Assembly: GCA_903824935.1 (NCBI GenBank)
Contig: CAIJYT010000078.1
Location: 1-64,000 of the forward strand
Origin: an uncultured Bacteroidales bacterium
GTDB taxonomy: Bacteria; Bacteroidota; Bacteroidia; Bacteroidales; FEN-979
Length of the DNA stretch: 64,000 nt
Reading direction: 5' to 3'
The notes below the pieces were generated by a model, which saw only the letters and a list, made by a program, of their open reading frames with translations, was not told the origin of the DNA and searched no databases. This document shows positions 1 through 10,428 of the stretch, piece by piece. Position 1 is the first letter of the stretch. Each line of letters begins with the position of its first letter. The position numbers and the translations under genes are program-made.

Positions 1-25
1 GACTGCCGACTGCCGACTGCCGACT
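1..25. repeat. Heptamer direct repeat GACTGCC x ~3.5 at the window edge (possibly part of a longer upstream repeat).
   Basis: Sequence reads gactgcc gactgcc gactgcc gact from nt 1. Confidence 0.5.
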
Positions 26-30
26 TCTTT

Positions 31-1032
31 CTATCCCACCAACTTATAAATTACCACGTCCGCCACCAGCCCGAGCAGGAATAAAAGTCCGAAGATCCTT
101 GTGAATTCAAAGGCATGGGCCACCAGGTAGAGCGGCCAGGCATTCTTGTCATAGCTTTCGGGTGCGGTATCAGGCCTTGGCTTTGAAAACACCTTTGCTG
201 CTTTGATAAACCTTGGGACCGTCGCAAACACTACCAGCATAGCGGGGCCAAGCTGTTTAGTGACCACCAGGAATATGATGAGGAGGTATTGAAGGACCCA
301 GAGCGAAATGGTGAGATACCTTGAAGCTTTCTCACCGATGATGACAGGAAGAGTCTTTACTCCTTTCAGCACGTCCTGTTCCATCTTGTCGGCATGTTTT
401 CCGAGGAGCACCGTTGTCGGGCCAAGCGCATACACCAGGCTGACCATTGCAACCCAGTTGTTCCATTGCCCATGCGACACCACGAAATAAGTTCCCCCGA
501 CCATCAGGGGGCCCCATACGAGGACGACCGAAAGTTCGCCCAGCCCGTAGTATTTGAGGGGCCAGGTATAAAACAGCAGGAAGAACAAGCCTGCGCCCAC
601 AAGCCAGAGTGTAGCCCAGCCCGTCAGGCCTGTGATCACAGCTCCAAGGGCCAGGGCGAGCAGTCCCGAAACAAGGATGTACAAGATGAAACTTTTTTTT
701 GAAAGCAGGCCATGTTCAAGGGGATGCGGCCCGTACTGTGCCCTGTAATAATTATTATGGTCAACCCCCCTGCTATAATCCACGTAATCGTTCAGAAGGT
801 TGTTGGTGGCATGTGCAAACACTATGCCGAAAATCGCTAGTATGAAGATATTCCACGAAAACTGCCCGGTCCTGTATGCAAGCAGGCCGCCGATGATCCC
901 GGCGGTTGCAGTCATGATAAAAACTGCTGCCCTGCTGGCGATCAGCCAGCGGGAAATGATGTCCAGCCCGTTCCATTCTTCCCTGGTAATGCGCGGGATT
1001 ACCCTCAGCGCCTTGATCCACATTGTTATCAT
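31..1032 (-). CDS. UbiA-family (MenA-like) polyprenyltransferase, integral membrane.
   Basis: 333 aa, multi-TM, with the motif NNLLNDYVDYSRGVD (NDxxDxxxGxD-type Asp-rich prenyltransferase motif). Lies next to the mevalonate genes. Confidence 0.7.
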   Translation of the reverse strand: MITMWIKALRVIPRITREEWNGLDIISRWLIASRAAVFIMTATAGIIGGLLAYRTGQFSWNIFILAIFGIVFAHATNNLLNDYVDYSRGVDHNNYYRAQYGPHPLEHGLLSKKSFILYILVSGLLALALGAVITGLTGWATLWLVGAGLFFLLFYTWPLKYYGLGELSVVLVWGPLMVGGTYFVVSHGQWNNWVAMVSLVYALGPTTVLLGKHADKMEQDVLKGVKTLPVIIGEKASRYLTISLWVLQYLLIIFLVVTKQLGPAMLVVFATVPRFIKAAKVFSKPRPDTAPESYDKNAWPLYLVAHAFEFTRIFGLLFLLGLVADVVIYKLVG

Positions 1033-1036
1033 TGAT

Positions 1037-1987
1037 TTAATTGTTTAGTTCGACATTGATTGTGTTAATTCCTGCAGACCTGAATACTCCCCCGGCCTTT
1101 TCGGGATCAGTTGAGAATCCAAGCATGAAACCTCCCCCTCCCGATCCGCACAGCTTAAGATAAAAGCTGTCTTCAGCCAGTCCCCGGGCCCATATTTCAC
1201 TCAGTCTTCCGGGTATCAGCCAACGCATATTCGCCAGCTGGAACCCCGAAAGATCTTTAACAGCCCCGGTAAATGCTGCTCCGTTTCGATCGGCCAGGCA
1301 GGAAATACAAATGTTATTCAGCTTTCCGAGTTCTTCCCCGGGCCCGGATCCCCCTAAGCCCTGCATGAATTCTTTTATGGTCCTGTGGATGAGTACCGAT
1401 GTTTCTTCTTTCTTACCGGCATCGGCAAGGAACACCTTCATCTCCGCAGGTATAGCTCCCCGGAGATCTGCCTGCACTATGCTTCCTGATCCCAGCAGCC
1501 TGAGCGGCATGTCAAGATAAGACAACAGGGGATCGAAGCCTGAGCTCCGGCCATGGAACCACGATTCCATCAGGATAAAGAACGACCTGAGGGCACGCCG
1601 GTTTTCATCACCTTCACTCTCACGTATGTTTACAGGATCCCTTGCATAATTGCCGTAAATTGCGGCACACAAGGCCCCTGAGCTGCCTATCCCGCTCCTT
1701 GAAGGGATGTCCGATTCAATAAATAACCCCTTGCCTATATCCTGGCCGAGCTGATCAAGATCAAGGACATCATTTATTTCCCTGTAGTTGCAGAGCCACT
1801 CATTATAATATTTTTCGAGAACCCTGTTGCCCTGCCCCTGCCCGGGACCCTTAATGTTTTCTTCAGCCGGCAGGGCCAGGTCTGCCCCGAAACGCCTGAA
1901 GGGCAATCCCAGGGCTTCATATCCCTGGAGCAGTGAATACTCCCCGAACAGAAGGATCTTTGAAGGATATCTGCGCCCCGGCTTCAT
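1037..1987 (-). CDS. Mevalonate kinase (GHMP kinase family).
   Basis: 316 aa. N-terminus KILLFGEYSLLQGYEALGLP is MVK-like. The GHMP ATP-binding motif is present as SRSGIGSSGALCAAIY. Its start overlaps the stop of the downstream gene by 4 nt, suggesting an operon. Confidence 0.7.
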   Translation of the reverse strand: MKPGRRYPSKILLFGEYSLLQGYEALGLPFRRFGADLALPAEENIKGPGQGQGNRVLEKYYNEWLCNYREINDVLDLDQLGQDIGKGLFIESDIPSRSGIGSSGALCAAIYGNYARDPVNIRESEGDENRRALRSFFILMESWFHGRSSGFDPLLSYLDMPLRLLGSGSIVQADLRGAIPAEMKVFLADAGKKEETSVLIHRTIKEFMQGLGGSGPGEELGKLNNICISCLADRNGAAFTGAVKDLSGFQLANMRWLIPGRLSEIWARGLAEDSFYLKLCGSGGGGFMLGFSTDPEKAGGVFRSAGINTINVELNN

Positions 1988-4074
1988 ACTGCATCGTTTT
2001 CACGGGTAATGCGGATGGGACCTTCACCGCACTTATCGTCTATGAAACGGCCTTCAGCGCAAAATTCAAGGAGTTGTTCCCTGATAAAATTTTTAACACT
2101 CAGGGAATGTGCAGCAGGATAAAGAAGATGAACATTAGGGCCCGCATCGAGGGTGAAGCAGGCAGGAAGCCCTTTCGCGCGTGCTTCCCTGATCCTTTGA
2201 ATTACCCGGAGTGTTCCGGCATGCATCAGTAAATTGCTGCCTTTGGATGTCATGATGAGTGAATGCAGGCTCAGGGCCTCGTTCTCGACAACCGCGGCAA
2301 ACTGCTCAAAGTCGCCGGTCTGCATGGCCTGCAGGCATTCTGCAAGGTTTTGCCTGGCCTGTAAATATCTTGCTGATGCCATTGGATGCGAGTCCATCAG
2401 TGCATGCCCTCCCGTACTCGACAATGACTTTGCTTCGGCCGAAACGATAAGGATTGCATCGTGAAGCTCAATGAAATCATTATGGACTGTCATTTTCAAT
2501 GGTATCGCCCGTTCATCCGAAGAACCATGTATCAGCGGGGTTTCACCCCATACGGTGTATCCCCCGTAAACCGAGCGGCTCGCACTCCCGGAACCCAAAC
2601 GGGCCAGGCCTGATGCCATCCGCCGGAATTCATGATCGGAAAATTGCTTTCCAGAGATCATTTCATTGATATCGAGGAGACAAAGGGTAAAAGCCGAAAA
2701 TCCTGAAGCGGATGAGGCTATGCCTGCAGAATCAGGGAAGCTGTTGCTTGTCTCAGCCTCGAAAGAATATCCCTCTATCCAGGGGAACAGGGATTTCAGG
2801 TCAGAAAGGAAGGTTTCAAGCCTGGCCATGAAAGGATGGGCGGGATCGGCATTGACTGAGATCATCTCTCCGTTACCTCCCTGGATCGCTGTAAGGCATG
2901 TCCTGCTCACGGCCTTGTCCAGGGTCATGCTCAGGGAGGGGTTCGCTGGGAGTTGCCTGCCCTTTTTACCCCAGTATTTTATAAATGCTATATTCGACGG
3001 GCTTTCCCAGGTAACGCTGAGATTGCCTCCCCTGGTCATGGCCGGGGATGAATGAATGACGGGGGCAACAATTTCATCCGGTTCCCTGCAGATGTCATCG
3101 TAGGTGAATACCTCCGTTATCCCGTAATCCTCAAGAATACTTTCAACTTCAGCTAAGGGCTGCATGCTTACGAACATGGCGAAATCGCCGCCCCATGCAC
3201 CCAGTGATTTAACTGCACCGGGGAAATCCGGAAACCGGGTCTTCAGCACATCCCGGTGAAGGATGCGGCTTAAAATGGCTTCATGTTCATGGACAAATCT
3301 GCATAATTCTTCGGTACGCACTGCATTGCCTATGGCAAGCGACAGTTCGGAGATCCTCGCGATATCTTCATTTGAAAATTTCGCTGAAGCCTTGAATTTC
3401 TCAACTTCCCTCGGGCTGTCTTGTTTCTCACCAAGCCAGGCAAAATATGCATGGTTTTTAATTGCTGTACCCGGGCACATGAGTGAAACAATGGCTTCTT
3501 CAGGGTTGAACCCATGCCCGGGATCAAGCTGATAAAATACCGGCCCAGCAGAGGATGCGCAGGCTATATCATATCCCGAACCATTGGAAACACTTTTATA
3601 AAGAGCGGCTGCACCAACCCCGGCCCATTGTGCTACAAGGGATATAAGACTTGAACTGCTGCCAAGCCCCCATTCCAGGGGATAATCGGCTGTCACTCTC
3701 ACATTCCATCCCTGCCCTGGTTCAATGAATGAGGGGTTGAGTATCCTTGCCTGTCTGAGCAGGTTTTCAAGGAATTTTGAAATTCGCTCTTTGCCTCTGA
3801 GTTCGGTGTCGGGTGAGACAACTTTAAGGGACTCCGAATCAATCACAGCATGGAACCACACCCCTGAGCTGTCCTCGCTGGTCCATTGCAGGAACCTCCC
3901 GCAAATTTTCTCCTGCTGCATCACCTGTCCGAATCTCAATGGAATAGCGAGGGCCGTGGCTCCCGACAGCACAAGGTATTCCCCTGAGATTAACAGTTTG
4001 CCTCTTGCAGTGAAAGTTGCTTCCCCCGCTTTCGAAATTGCAGATGCTTCTTTGGGTTCAGTTCGCGCTTGCAT
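1984..4074 (-). CDS. Fusion protein: N-terminal GHMP kinase (phosphomevalonate-kinase-like) joined to C-terminal diphosphomevalonate decarboxylase.
   Basis: 696 aa single ORF. N-terminal half has GKLLISGEYLVLSG and the GHMP motif EWGLGSSSSLISLVAQW. C-terminal half has NIAFIKYWGKKG (MVD signature NIAxIKYWGK) and a second GHMP loop AGIASSASGFSAF. Confidence 0.7.
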   Translation of the reverse strand: MQARTEPKEASAISKAGEATFTARGKLLISGEYLVLSGATALAIPLRFGQVMQQEKICGRFLQWTSEDSSGVWFHAVIDSESLKVVSPDTELRGKERISKFLENLLRQARILNPSFIEPGQGWNVRVTADYPLEWGLGSSSSLISLVAQWAGVGAAALYKSVSNGSGYDIACASSAGPVFYQLDPGHGFNPEEAIVSLMCPGTAIKNHAYFAWLGEKQDSPREVEKFKASAKFSNEDIARISELSLAIGNAVRTEELCRFVHEHEAILSRILHRDVLKTRFPDFPGAVKSLGAWGGDFAMFVSMQPLAEVESILEDYGITEVFTYDDICREPDEIVAPVIHSSPAMTRGGNLSVTWESPSNIAFIKYWGKKGRQLPANPSLSMTLDKAVSRTCLTAIQGGNGEMISVNADPAHPFMARLETFLSDLKSLFPWIEGYSFEAETSNSFPDSAGIASSASGFSAFTLCLLDINEMISGKQFSDHEFRRMASGLARLGSGSASRSVYGGYTVWGETPLIHGSSDERAIPLKMTVHNDFIELHDAILIVSAEAKSLSSTGGHALMDSHPMASARYLQARQNLAECLQAMQTGDFEQFAAVVENEALSLHSLIMTSKGSNLLMHAGTLRVIQRIREARAKGLPACFTLDAGPNVHLLYPAAHSLSVKNFIREQLLEFCAEGRFIDDKCGEGPIRITRENDAV

Positions 4075-5371
4075 CGATGAAATGTTTTACTGCATCGTAG
4101 CTGATCTTTTTTCCTGAAAAATATTCTTCAGCTTTTTTACGAGAGTCGGCATTCATATTCATGGAATTCAGAATATTGGAAAGATGCAGCCGCATATGGC
4201 CTTTCTGTATCCCTGTCGTGACAAGGCTGGTGAGCGCGGCAAAGTTACTGGCCAGGCCTGTTGAAGCTACGATGGCCATCAGCTCCCTGGCGTTGGGATT
4301 GCCCAGTATCTCAAGGGCAAGCCTTGCAAGGGGGTGGAGGTTGGTGATACCACCAACAGTCCCTATTGCGAGAGGGATGGTTAGTGAAATTATAAGGCTG
4401 CCGTTAACTGTGCGGCAGCTGCTAAGGGAGCGGTACACCCCGTCCCTGGCGGCAAAGGCATGAGCGGCTGCTTCTGCCGCCCTGTAATCGTTCCCTGTTG
4501 CCATCAGCACCGCATCAACCCCGTTCATGATTCCTTTGTTATGGGTAACAGCCCTGTAAGCATCCCCTTCGGCGATGGCATAAGCCAGCATGATCTTCTC
4601 TGCAAATTCATCAACAGAAAGATTCCCTGCAAAAGGCCTCAGTTCTGCCAGGCTGCAGGAGGCTTCAACTGTGACCCTGCAATTCTCATTGTAATTGCTC
4701 AATATGGACATGATGTGCTGGTAACGTCTTTCTTTCACATGGTTGTTCATTGCAAGGTAAGCCTCCATCCCCTCGGCCAGTTCTTCTAGGCAGGTGTTCA
4801 TGAAATTGGCACCCATCGAATTCACTGTATCCACTTCCAGCTCCAGCTTATAAAGCTTTTCCATGATCCCGCAGGCATCGATCAGCCTAAGGTTAAGCAC
4901 ACCACCTCCCCTTCTTACCATGCTGGCCGTGGTCTTCTTCAGCCTGTCAAGCAGGAATAAATGAATATGGTCCCAGTGCTGATGCAGAAAAAGAGGATCG
5001 GTGAACCAGCGGAAATACACATGCCCGAGTTTTACCGTTGATACCTGCTTTACAGTGAAGCCGCCCCTCTCGGCCCAGAAACGGGCTGCATGTGATGCGG
5101 CTGCAATGACCGAACTTTCTTCTATCGCCATAGGCACATGATATACCCTGCCGTCAACCATTACATTGGGCGCAATCCCGAATGGAACATGGAAACTGCT
5201 GATGGTGTTTTCGCTGAGCTCGAGGAAACTCTTACGCGTAGCCGGATCTTCGGCCAGGTAACTTTCCATCTCCTGTTCCGTCGGTCCCGGCCAGCGGCAT
5301 AAAGCTGCAATGAGACGCCTCTTTTCCGTGAGGCTTAATTTTGAAAATCCCTTGATTATCCTGCCTTTCAT
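4058..5371 (-). CDS. HMG-CoA reductase, class II (short, NAD(P)H-dependent type).
   Basis: 437 aa with no membrane domain. Carries HMGR-like motifs: NSMGANFMN, GTVGGIT and ATGNDYRA. Confidence 0.75.
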   Translation of the reverse strand: MKGRIIKGFSKLSLTEKRRLIAALCRWPGPTEQEMESYLAEDPATRKSFLELSENTISSFHVPFGIAPNVMVDGRVYHVPMAIEESSVIAAASHAARFWAERGGFTVKQVSTVKLGHVYFRWFTDPLFLHQHWDHIHLFLLDRLKKTTASMVRRGGGVLNLRLIDACGIMEKLYKLELEVDTVNSMGANFMNTCLEELAEGMEAYLAMNNHVKERRYQHIMSILSNYNENCRVTVEASCSLAELRPFAGNLSVDEFAEKIMLAYAIAEGDAYRAVTHNKGIMNGVDAVLMATGNDYRAAEAAAHAFAARDGVYRSLSSCRTVNGSLIISLTIPLAIGTVGGITNLHPLARLALEILGNPNARELMAIVASTGLASNFAALTSLVTTGIQKGHMRLHLSNILNSMNMNADSRKKAEEYFSGKKISYDAVKHFIDASAN

Positions 5372-6369
5372 TCCTGTTCTTTTATCTTTAAAAATGCACG
5401 GGCAAACTTAAGGCCGCTGATCTGCCCTGCGATATACATCCGCAGGTCTTCATAGTCTCCCCTTGCAACGGCCAGAAAAGCCGATGCCTGTCCGAAAACA
5501 GCTGGTAACAGGCTCCTCGAAATATGATAATACCCGTCAAGAAAATTCTTTATGCCTCCCGAGATGATGATCTGCCTGCACCCTGCCCCCTTGCTTTCAG
5601 CAACCAGTCTGTTGATGGTTTCAATCATATCCGACGCTGTATTCCCTATCATTGCCAGCGGACCGTAAAGCTCCCTCTGCCATGCAGTGCTGCGGGCCAG
5701 CTCAACTTTTGCAAAGTTCGTCCCCCCGAAAGCAGCCAGCTCAAATGCTTCAATGGGAAGGCTCATCACCCTGGCAATACTCACCGGGCCCATGCCCTGC
5801 CCCACTTCCTTAACAATCAATTTTAGCCTGCTCAACTCAAGAAATTCCTGGATGGTTTCAAAAGGAGGATTTTTCAGAACATCTCCTTCCATCTGTAACC
5901 ATTCCTGCACCGGGTTAACATGAACGATCAGGCCGTCGGCCCTTAAGCGTTCAACAAGTTCCACAAGCCTCGGCCAGCTGCCGTCAAACAGCATGTCTTC
6001 AAGCTGGACTATCCCTATATTGGCATATAAGGGGAGCTCATCCCCGATTACCGGGCGCATGTCAAAATCGGGCAGGTAAAGGTCGTTTGCAAGCAGTATC
6101 CTGCAGGATCCCAGGCCCATTCCCATCCCGAACTCCCTGCATGCCCTTGCAAGATTGGTGTTGATGGTCCTGGCAAGCGCAGTGCCCCCTGTCATGCTCG
6201 ATACCCATATCGGCACCCTGAGGGTCTTCCCCAAAAATGTAAAAGGCGGTATCTCCCCCTGGCGGTGAGAGCCTGTCATAGGTTCATAATCAAACCTGCG
6301 GTCTATCTCTGCCCCGGCTGCCTGCGAAGAAAATGCTAACTCAATATGATCGTTTTTCCTGGCTTCCAT
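5368..6369 (-). CDS. fni: Isopentenyl-diphosphate delta-isomerase type 2 (FMN-dependent).
   Basis: 333 aa. N-terminus MEARKNDHIEL is the RKxxHI motif of IDI-2. TIM-barrel FMN-binding glycine-rich C-terminus GGIKNFLD. The start overlaps the HMGR stop. Confidence 0.8.
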   Translation of the reverse strand: MEARKNDHIELAFSSQAAGAEIDRRFDYEPMTGSHRQGEIPPFTFLGKTLRVPIWVSSMTGGTALARTINTNLARACREFGMGMGLGSCRILLANDLYLPDFDMRPVIGDELPLYANIGIVQLEDMLFDGSWPRLVELVERLRADGLIVHVNPVQEWLQMEGDVLKNPPFETIQEFLELSRLKLIVKEVGQGMGPVSIARVMSLPIEAFELAAFGGTNFAKVELARSTAWQRELYGPLAMIGNTASDMIETINRLVAESKGAGCRQIIISGGIKNFLDGYYHISRSLLPAVFGQASAFLAVARGDYEDLRMYIAGQISGLKFARAFLKIKEQE

Positions 6370-6506
6370 TAAACATAAAAAGCCAGCAAAGTTAATTTAA
6401 ATCAGTCTAAATAAAACAATAATGTTAAAAAATACTGCGGATGTGATCCTCATCAGATCAATCGGGGTCCCTTAAGCTCATATGCAGATGGATTGATACG
6501 CGCGTC

Positions 6507-7382
6507 TCAGCCTGAATGTGTTTGCCTGAACTCAAGGAGGGACTGGCCTGCCCCGGCTTTGAAAAATTTACTGAAATGGGAAGGGTCGTCAAAGCCCAGG
6601 TCAAATGCTATTTCCTTGCTGCTTTTTGCTGTGAAGACCGCCGTTCTTTTTGCTTCAAGGAGGATACGGTGTTGGATGAATTCCTTTGCAGAGGTGCCAA
6701 TATTCAATTTTATCACTTCATTCAGGTAATTAGGGCTGACGTTCATGGCCCCTGCGTAATCCTTTACCTGGTGCCACTCGCTGAACCTGGTTTCCACGAG
6801 GTTTTTGAACCTCCTGACCATAGCTTTTCCAACTTCAATATCCTGGGTATTGGTATTTGGGAAAAGGCTGCAATGCGAATTGCATTCAATCAGGAAGAGT
6901 TTCAGGTATGCTCCCAGGGTTTCCAGTTTCATCTCCTGGTCCGAGGCATAGGCATCCTTAATATGGCTTGCAAACTGCAGGAGGTTCTCCAACCTGGGTC
7001 CCGAAAGTGGCAAGGCAGGACTTTCACTGCTGTCGCGGAAAAGCCTGAGATTGGAAATAAAATCTTCGCGTATGCTGTTCTTCATCAGGAACTCAGGCGT
7101 GAACAGGATAACCAGTCCCGTGGTTTCAGGGCCTGAGATGATCTGGTGGACCTGGTTCGGGCTTACAAAAAAGATATGATGCGGCAGTATAGGGTATTCA
7201 TTGAAATCAACTACATGCCTTCCCGAACCGCTGAACGGCCAGATGACCGAATAATAATGATGACGGTGCGGATCATCGGCTATCCCCTGCTGGCGGTCGG
7301 CAATCTCTTCCATAGTCCTCAGAACAAAAGATGCCGGGATCCCGTTATCAAGCAACTCGAGGCTGTAAATTTTTTTCTGCAT
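6507..7382 (-). CDS. AraC-family transcriptional regulator.
   Basis: 291 aa. Cupin-like N-terminal region plus a C-terminal double HTH, with VKDYAGAMNVSPNYLNEVIK...EIAFDLGFDDPSHFSKFFK typical of AraC/XylS. Confidence 0.75.
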   Translation of the reverse strand: MQKKIYSLELLDNGIPASFVLRTMEEIADRQQGIADDPHRHHYYSVIWPFSGSGRHVVDFNEYPILPHHIFFVSPNQVHQIISGPETTGLVILFTPEFLMKNSIREDFISNLRLFRDSSESPALPLSGPRLENLLQFASHIKDAYASDQEMKLETLGAYLKLFLIECNSHCSLFPNTNTQDIEVGKAMVRRFKNLVETRFSEWHQVKDYAGAMNVSPNYLNEVIKLNIGTSAKEFIQHRILLEAKRTAVFTAKSSKEIAFDLGFDDPSHFSKFFKAGAGQSLLEFRQTHSG

Positions 7383-7429
7383 TATTTTTCCGAATTAAGG
7401 GGATCAGTTGATTTGCACCTCACAGCCTG

Positions 7430-7924
7430 CTAATGTTTCACATCCAAAGTATCAATGGCAAATTTTACAGGAACGACAAGGCTTGCTTCAACCGGTTTGC
7501 CATCGGTTTCTGCAGCTTTCCATTTCGGCATGAGTTTTATAACCCTCACCGCCTCTTCATCGCAACCTGCTCCTATCCCCCTCATTGCGGAAACATTACC
7601 CACGGAACCGTCCTCTTTAACAGTGAATCCTACATACACCTTACCCTGGAGTTTTAACTTGAGCGCCTTGGGCGGATATTTCAGGTTCCTGTGAATGAAC
7701 TGGAATATAGCCGGATTTCCACCGGGGAATTCAGGCTGCCTGTCAATTTTCTTAAGTGTATAATCCTCTTCTTTCACAGGGTTGCCCTGGGCCGGTTTTT
7801 GATGCCTTGGCGGAGACAGTACTGCAGGTCCGGCCTGTGATTCGTAAGAATTATACTGGGCACGACATGGCATACCCGTGACGATCCCTGCAAACACCAG
7901 GAACCCCAGAATCAGGGCTTGCAT
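7430..7924 (-). CDS. TonB C-terminal-domain energy-transducer-like protein (the track ORF begins at TTG 8011; ATG 7924 gives a clean signal peptide).
   Basis: Signal/anchor MQALILGFLVFAGIV, a Pro-rich linker PVKEEDYTLKKIDRQPEFPGG, and a C-terminal TonB-type fold ending GKPVEASLVVPVKFAI. Confidence 0.55.
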   Translation of the reverse strand: MQALILGFLVFAGIVTGMPCRAQYNSYESQAGPAVLSPPRHQKPAQGNPVKEEDYTLKKIDRQPEFPGGNPAIFQFIHRNLKYPPKALKLKLQGKVYVGFTVKEDGSVGNVSAMRGIGAGCDEEAVRVIKLMPKWKAAETDGKPVEASLVVPVKFAIDTLDVKH

Positions 7925-8076
7925 TGTCGTGTACACTGATCTTCCCTGCCCCTTAAATGAACCATAAATTCTCATCAGCACAAACATATAATAAATTTCA
8001 GGGACCGGCAATATTTTTCAAGGATTTGTTTATTACTGCGGATTTCCTCAAATTTGACAAGGCAAAATCCCCGGTT

Positions 8077-8757
8077 ATGAAATTTTCGTTTAAAAAGCTG
8101 TTCCACGAAAATATAAAATGGAATATCGTTTTCCTTGTGCTTGTTATTTTTACTGTGTTTTTCATCCCTGTTTTTTCGGTCACCCTTGAGAAGATCCTTT
8201 ATGATCTGTCGTTCACACTTATATTTTTTCTCGGGTATATAACTTCCAACAGGAGACACCCTGTATTTCTTCCATTATCGATCTGCGCACTCATCCTGAT
8301 CTGGATTTCAGCCGTCTTTAAAATGCCTGTTTTATTCATTTTTTCAATTTCCATGAACATCCTGTTTTTCATGATGGTGACATGGTCGCTGATAAAACAT
8401 CTTATAGATTCCAGAGCTGTCACCATAAAGCTGCTATTTGACGCAATAATCATTTACCTGCTGATCGGGCTGATCTTTGCAATGATTGTAAGCCTGATCG
8501 ACCGTTTTGATCCCGGGGCTTTCAGGTATCCGGTTGCAGCAGGCAGCGCTCCTGTCTTCCATCTTAACGATTTCATATATTTTACGTTTACTACTTTATC
8601 TACAACAGGGTATGGCGATATCATCCCCCTGAAACCATATACCCGTTCCCTCTCAATCATGATCGCCATCACAGGCCAGATGTATATCGCTATTATCATT
8701 TCCATGCTGGTGGGCAAGTATGCAGCCTCAGCCCGGGAAGACAGGAAAGATGAATAA
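8077..8757 (+). CDS. Two-TM potassium-channel-like protein (Ion_trans_2).
   Basis: The selectivity-filter signature TLSTTGYGDIIP sits between hydrophobic helices. The start was moved to ATG 8077 to avoid overlapping the TonB gene. Confidence 0.6.
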   Translation: MKFSFKKLFHENIKWNIVFLVLVIFTVFFIPVFSVTLEKILYDLSFTLIFFLGYITSNRRHPVFLPLSICALILIWISAVFKMPVLFIFSISMNILFFMMVTWSLIKHLIDSRAVTIKLLFDAIIIYLLIGLIFAMIVSLIDRFDPGAFRYPVAAGSAPVFHLNDFIYFTFTTLSTTGYGDIIPLKPYTRSLSIMIAITGQMYIAIIISMLVGKYAASAREDRKDE

Positions 8758-8787
8758 GGTAAAACTGAAGAATATTCTTTTTTTCTC

Positions 8788-10314
8788 TTATGGTTTCAGC
8801 CCGGCTTCAAGCCAGTCCTTCACAAATTCAACCCATATGTCAAGCTTGTCGAAAAGCTGCTCAGTTGGCGGATAAGGTATGATCACGTCCGGACTGATCC
8901 CGATATTATCGATTGGATTATCGGGAAGCCGGCGGGAACGGGTCATAGGGTACCTCATATAGTATTTTCCTGAAGGCAGGTCAATAGGGATAGAATTGGA
9001 ATAATCAAGCACGCCTGCTGTATTCTGATTGCCGAACAGGGTGACTTTCTTACTTGTTTTTGCAGCCAGCAGAAACTGCTCGGCTGAAGATCCGTTGCCT
9101 TCATTGATGATGATGCCGACCCGCCGGGGATTCCTGTAGACAGTATCTTCTTTTACAATTTTATCCTTACCCATCATCGGATGGACCACATACCCCCCGG
9201 GATTCTTTTTCATTTCATCCAGCAAAGCCGTCATCCATATCCTTCCCTCTTCACCATTCAGGTATGTACCTGTTTTAAGGTCATTTTCATACAGCTTTAT
9301 ATTATCCTCGCAGGCATACCATTCGACCCCTTTGCTGAAATACGGTCCCGTATACAGCAGGCTGAACAGCATCTGCCATTCATCGTCCTGCCCGCCTCCG
9401 TTGTTCCTCAGGTCAATGACCAGGTTTGGCCTCGTCATTATATCCTGCCAGTGATCCCTGATCACTTTTTCAATCTTATCTTTAAACCCGTCGAAACCGT
9501 TAGCCCTGATAAAGAAGGTGCTGTCGCTCAGGATCCCATAGGTGAAATAAGTGTTGCGTCCGTTAGGGTGAAGCGGTACGTAAGACTTCATAAGGGCAAG
9601 GTCATTCCTTGGCGAAGACGATTTCCTGACAAGGAAACTCTGATCGTGTATCTCAAGCACATGCCTGTTCACATGCAGGCTGGCCATGGTTTTCCTTACC
9701 TTCGCCCCTTTCCAGGTAGTATGCAGTTTTACCTTGAAGAGGGTATCGCCTGCCGGCGGATTGCTTAGCCCGTTCGTTCCAGCCGCTCCCTGCGGTGCGA
9801 ATTCAAACATCACCTGGCCGGGCTTCCATCCGCGGTAACTCACCGAAACCCCAAGGTAATTCTGAGTTGCAATATCCCTTATAACAGCCATCTCTCCCCA
9901 GCCCGAAACCCATAGCCCTTCAAGGGTCCGCGATCCGGCAGTCCTCCTGTACAGCTCAATGGTATCGACGGAAATATTCCTGCCGTAACTGGAAGTGTCT
10001 CCCTCCACCCAATCCTTGTCAGGTCCGGGGTTCGGGCGTACCTTGAGATGATGGTCGGTGAAAAATCCGCAGTACTCATCCAGGTATAGCCAGCATGAAT
10101 CGGGATGCTTTTCAATCTTTTTCCGGAGATCCTGCTCCAGGCGTGAAAGCTCCGCCACCTTATCCCCCCTGATCTTGACATCATAACCTGGGTAATCTGC
10201 CCTGATCTTTTTAACCACAAAATCGAAATCGGCAAGGCAGGAGGACTGCTGTGAAACAGAAATGCTACGGGTAAGCATCAGAATGAGCAACGAAAGAAAC
10301 GATTTTTTTAACAT
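8788..10314 (-). CDS. S41-family (C-terminal processing / tail-specific-like) peptidase, secreted.
   Basis: Signal peptide MLKKSFLSLLILML. S41 motif VIDLRNNGGGQDDEW. A candidate catalytic Ser/Lys region follows downstream. Confidence 0.7.
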   Translation of the reverse strand: MLKKSFLSLLILMLTRSISVSQQSSCLADFDFVVKKIRADYPGYDVKIRGDKVAELSRLEQDLRKKIEKHPDSCWLYLDEYCGFFTDHHLKVRPNPGPDKDWVEGDTSSYGRNISVDTIELYRRTAGSRTLEGLWVSGWGEMAVIRDIATQNYLGVSVSYRGWKPGQVMFEFAPQGAAGTNGLSNPPAGDTLFKVKLHTTWKGAKVRKTMASLHVNRHVLEIHDQSFLVRKSSSPRNDLALMKSYVPLHPNGRNTYFTYGILSDSTFFIRANGFDGFKDKIEKVIRDHWQDIMTRPNLVIDLRNNGGGQDDEWQMLFSLLYTGPYFSKGVEWYACEDNIKLYENDLKTGTYLNGEEGRIWMTALLDEMKKNPGGYVVHPMMGKDKIVKEDTVYRNPRRVGIIINEGNGSSAEQFLLAAKTSKKVTLFGNQNTAGVLDYSNSIPIDLPSGKYYMRYPMTRSRRLPDNPIDNIGISPDVIIPYPPTEQLFDKLDIWVEFVKDWLEAGLKP

Positions 10315-10428
10315 GGCATGAAGTTCTTATACAAAAATAATAATTTAATATCTTTACTTAAATTTTATTCATACCGGTTCGCAAACATCCTGCATCCCGA
10401 ATCCTAAAGCCTCCCAAATCCCCAACCC

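Noticed and set aside
9181-9768. 195-aa plus-strand ORF inside the S41 peptidase gene
   Set aside because: Antisense to the S41 catalytic region; spurious.
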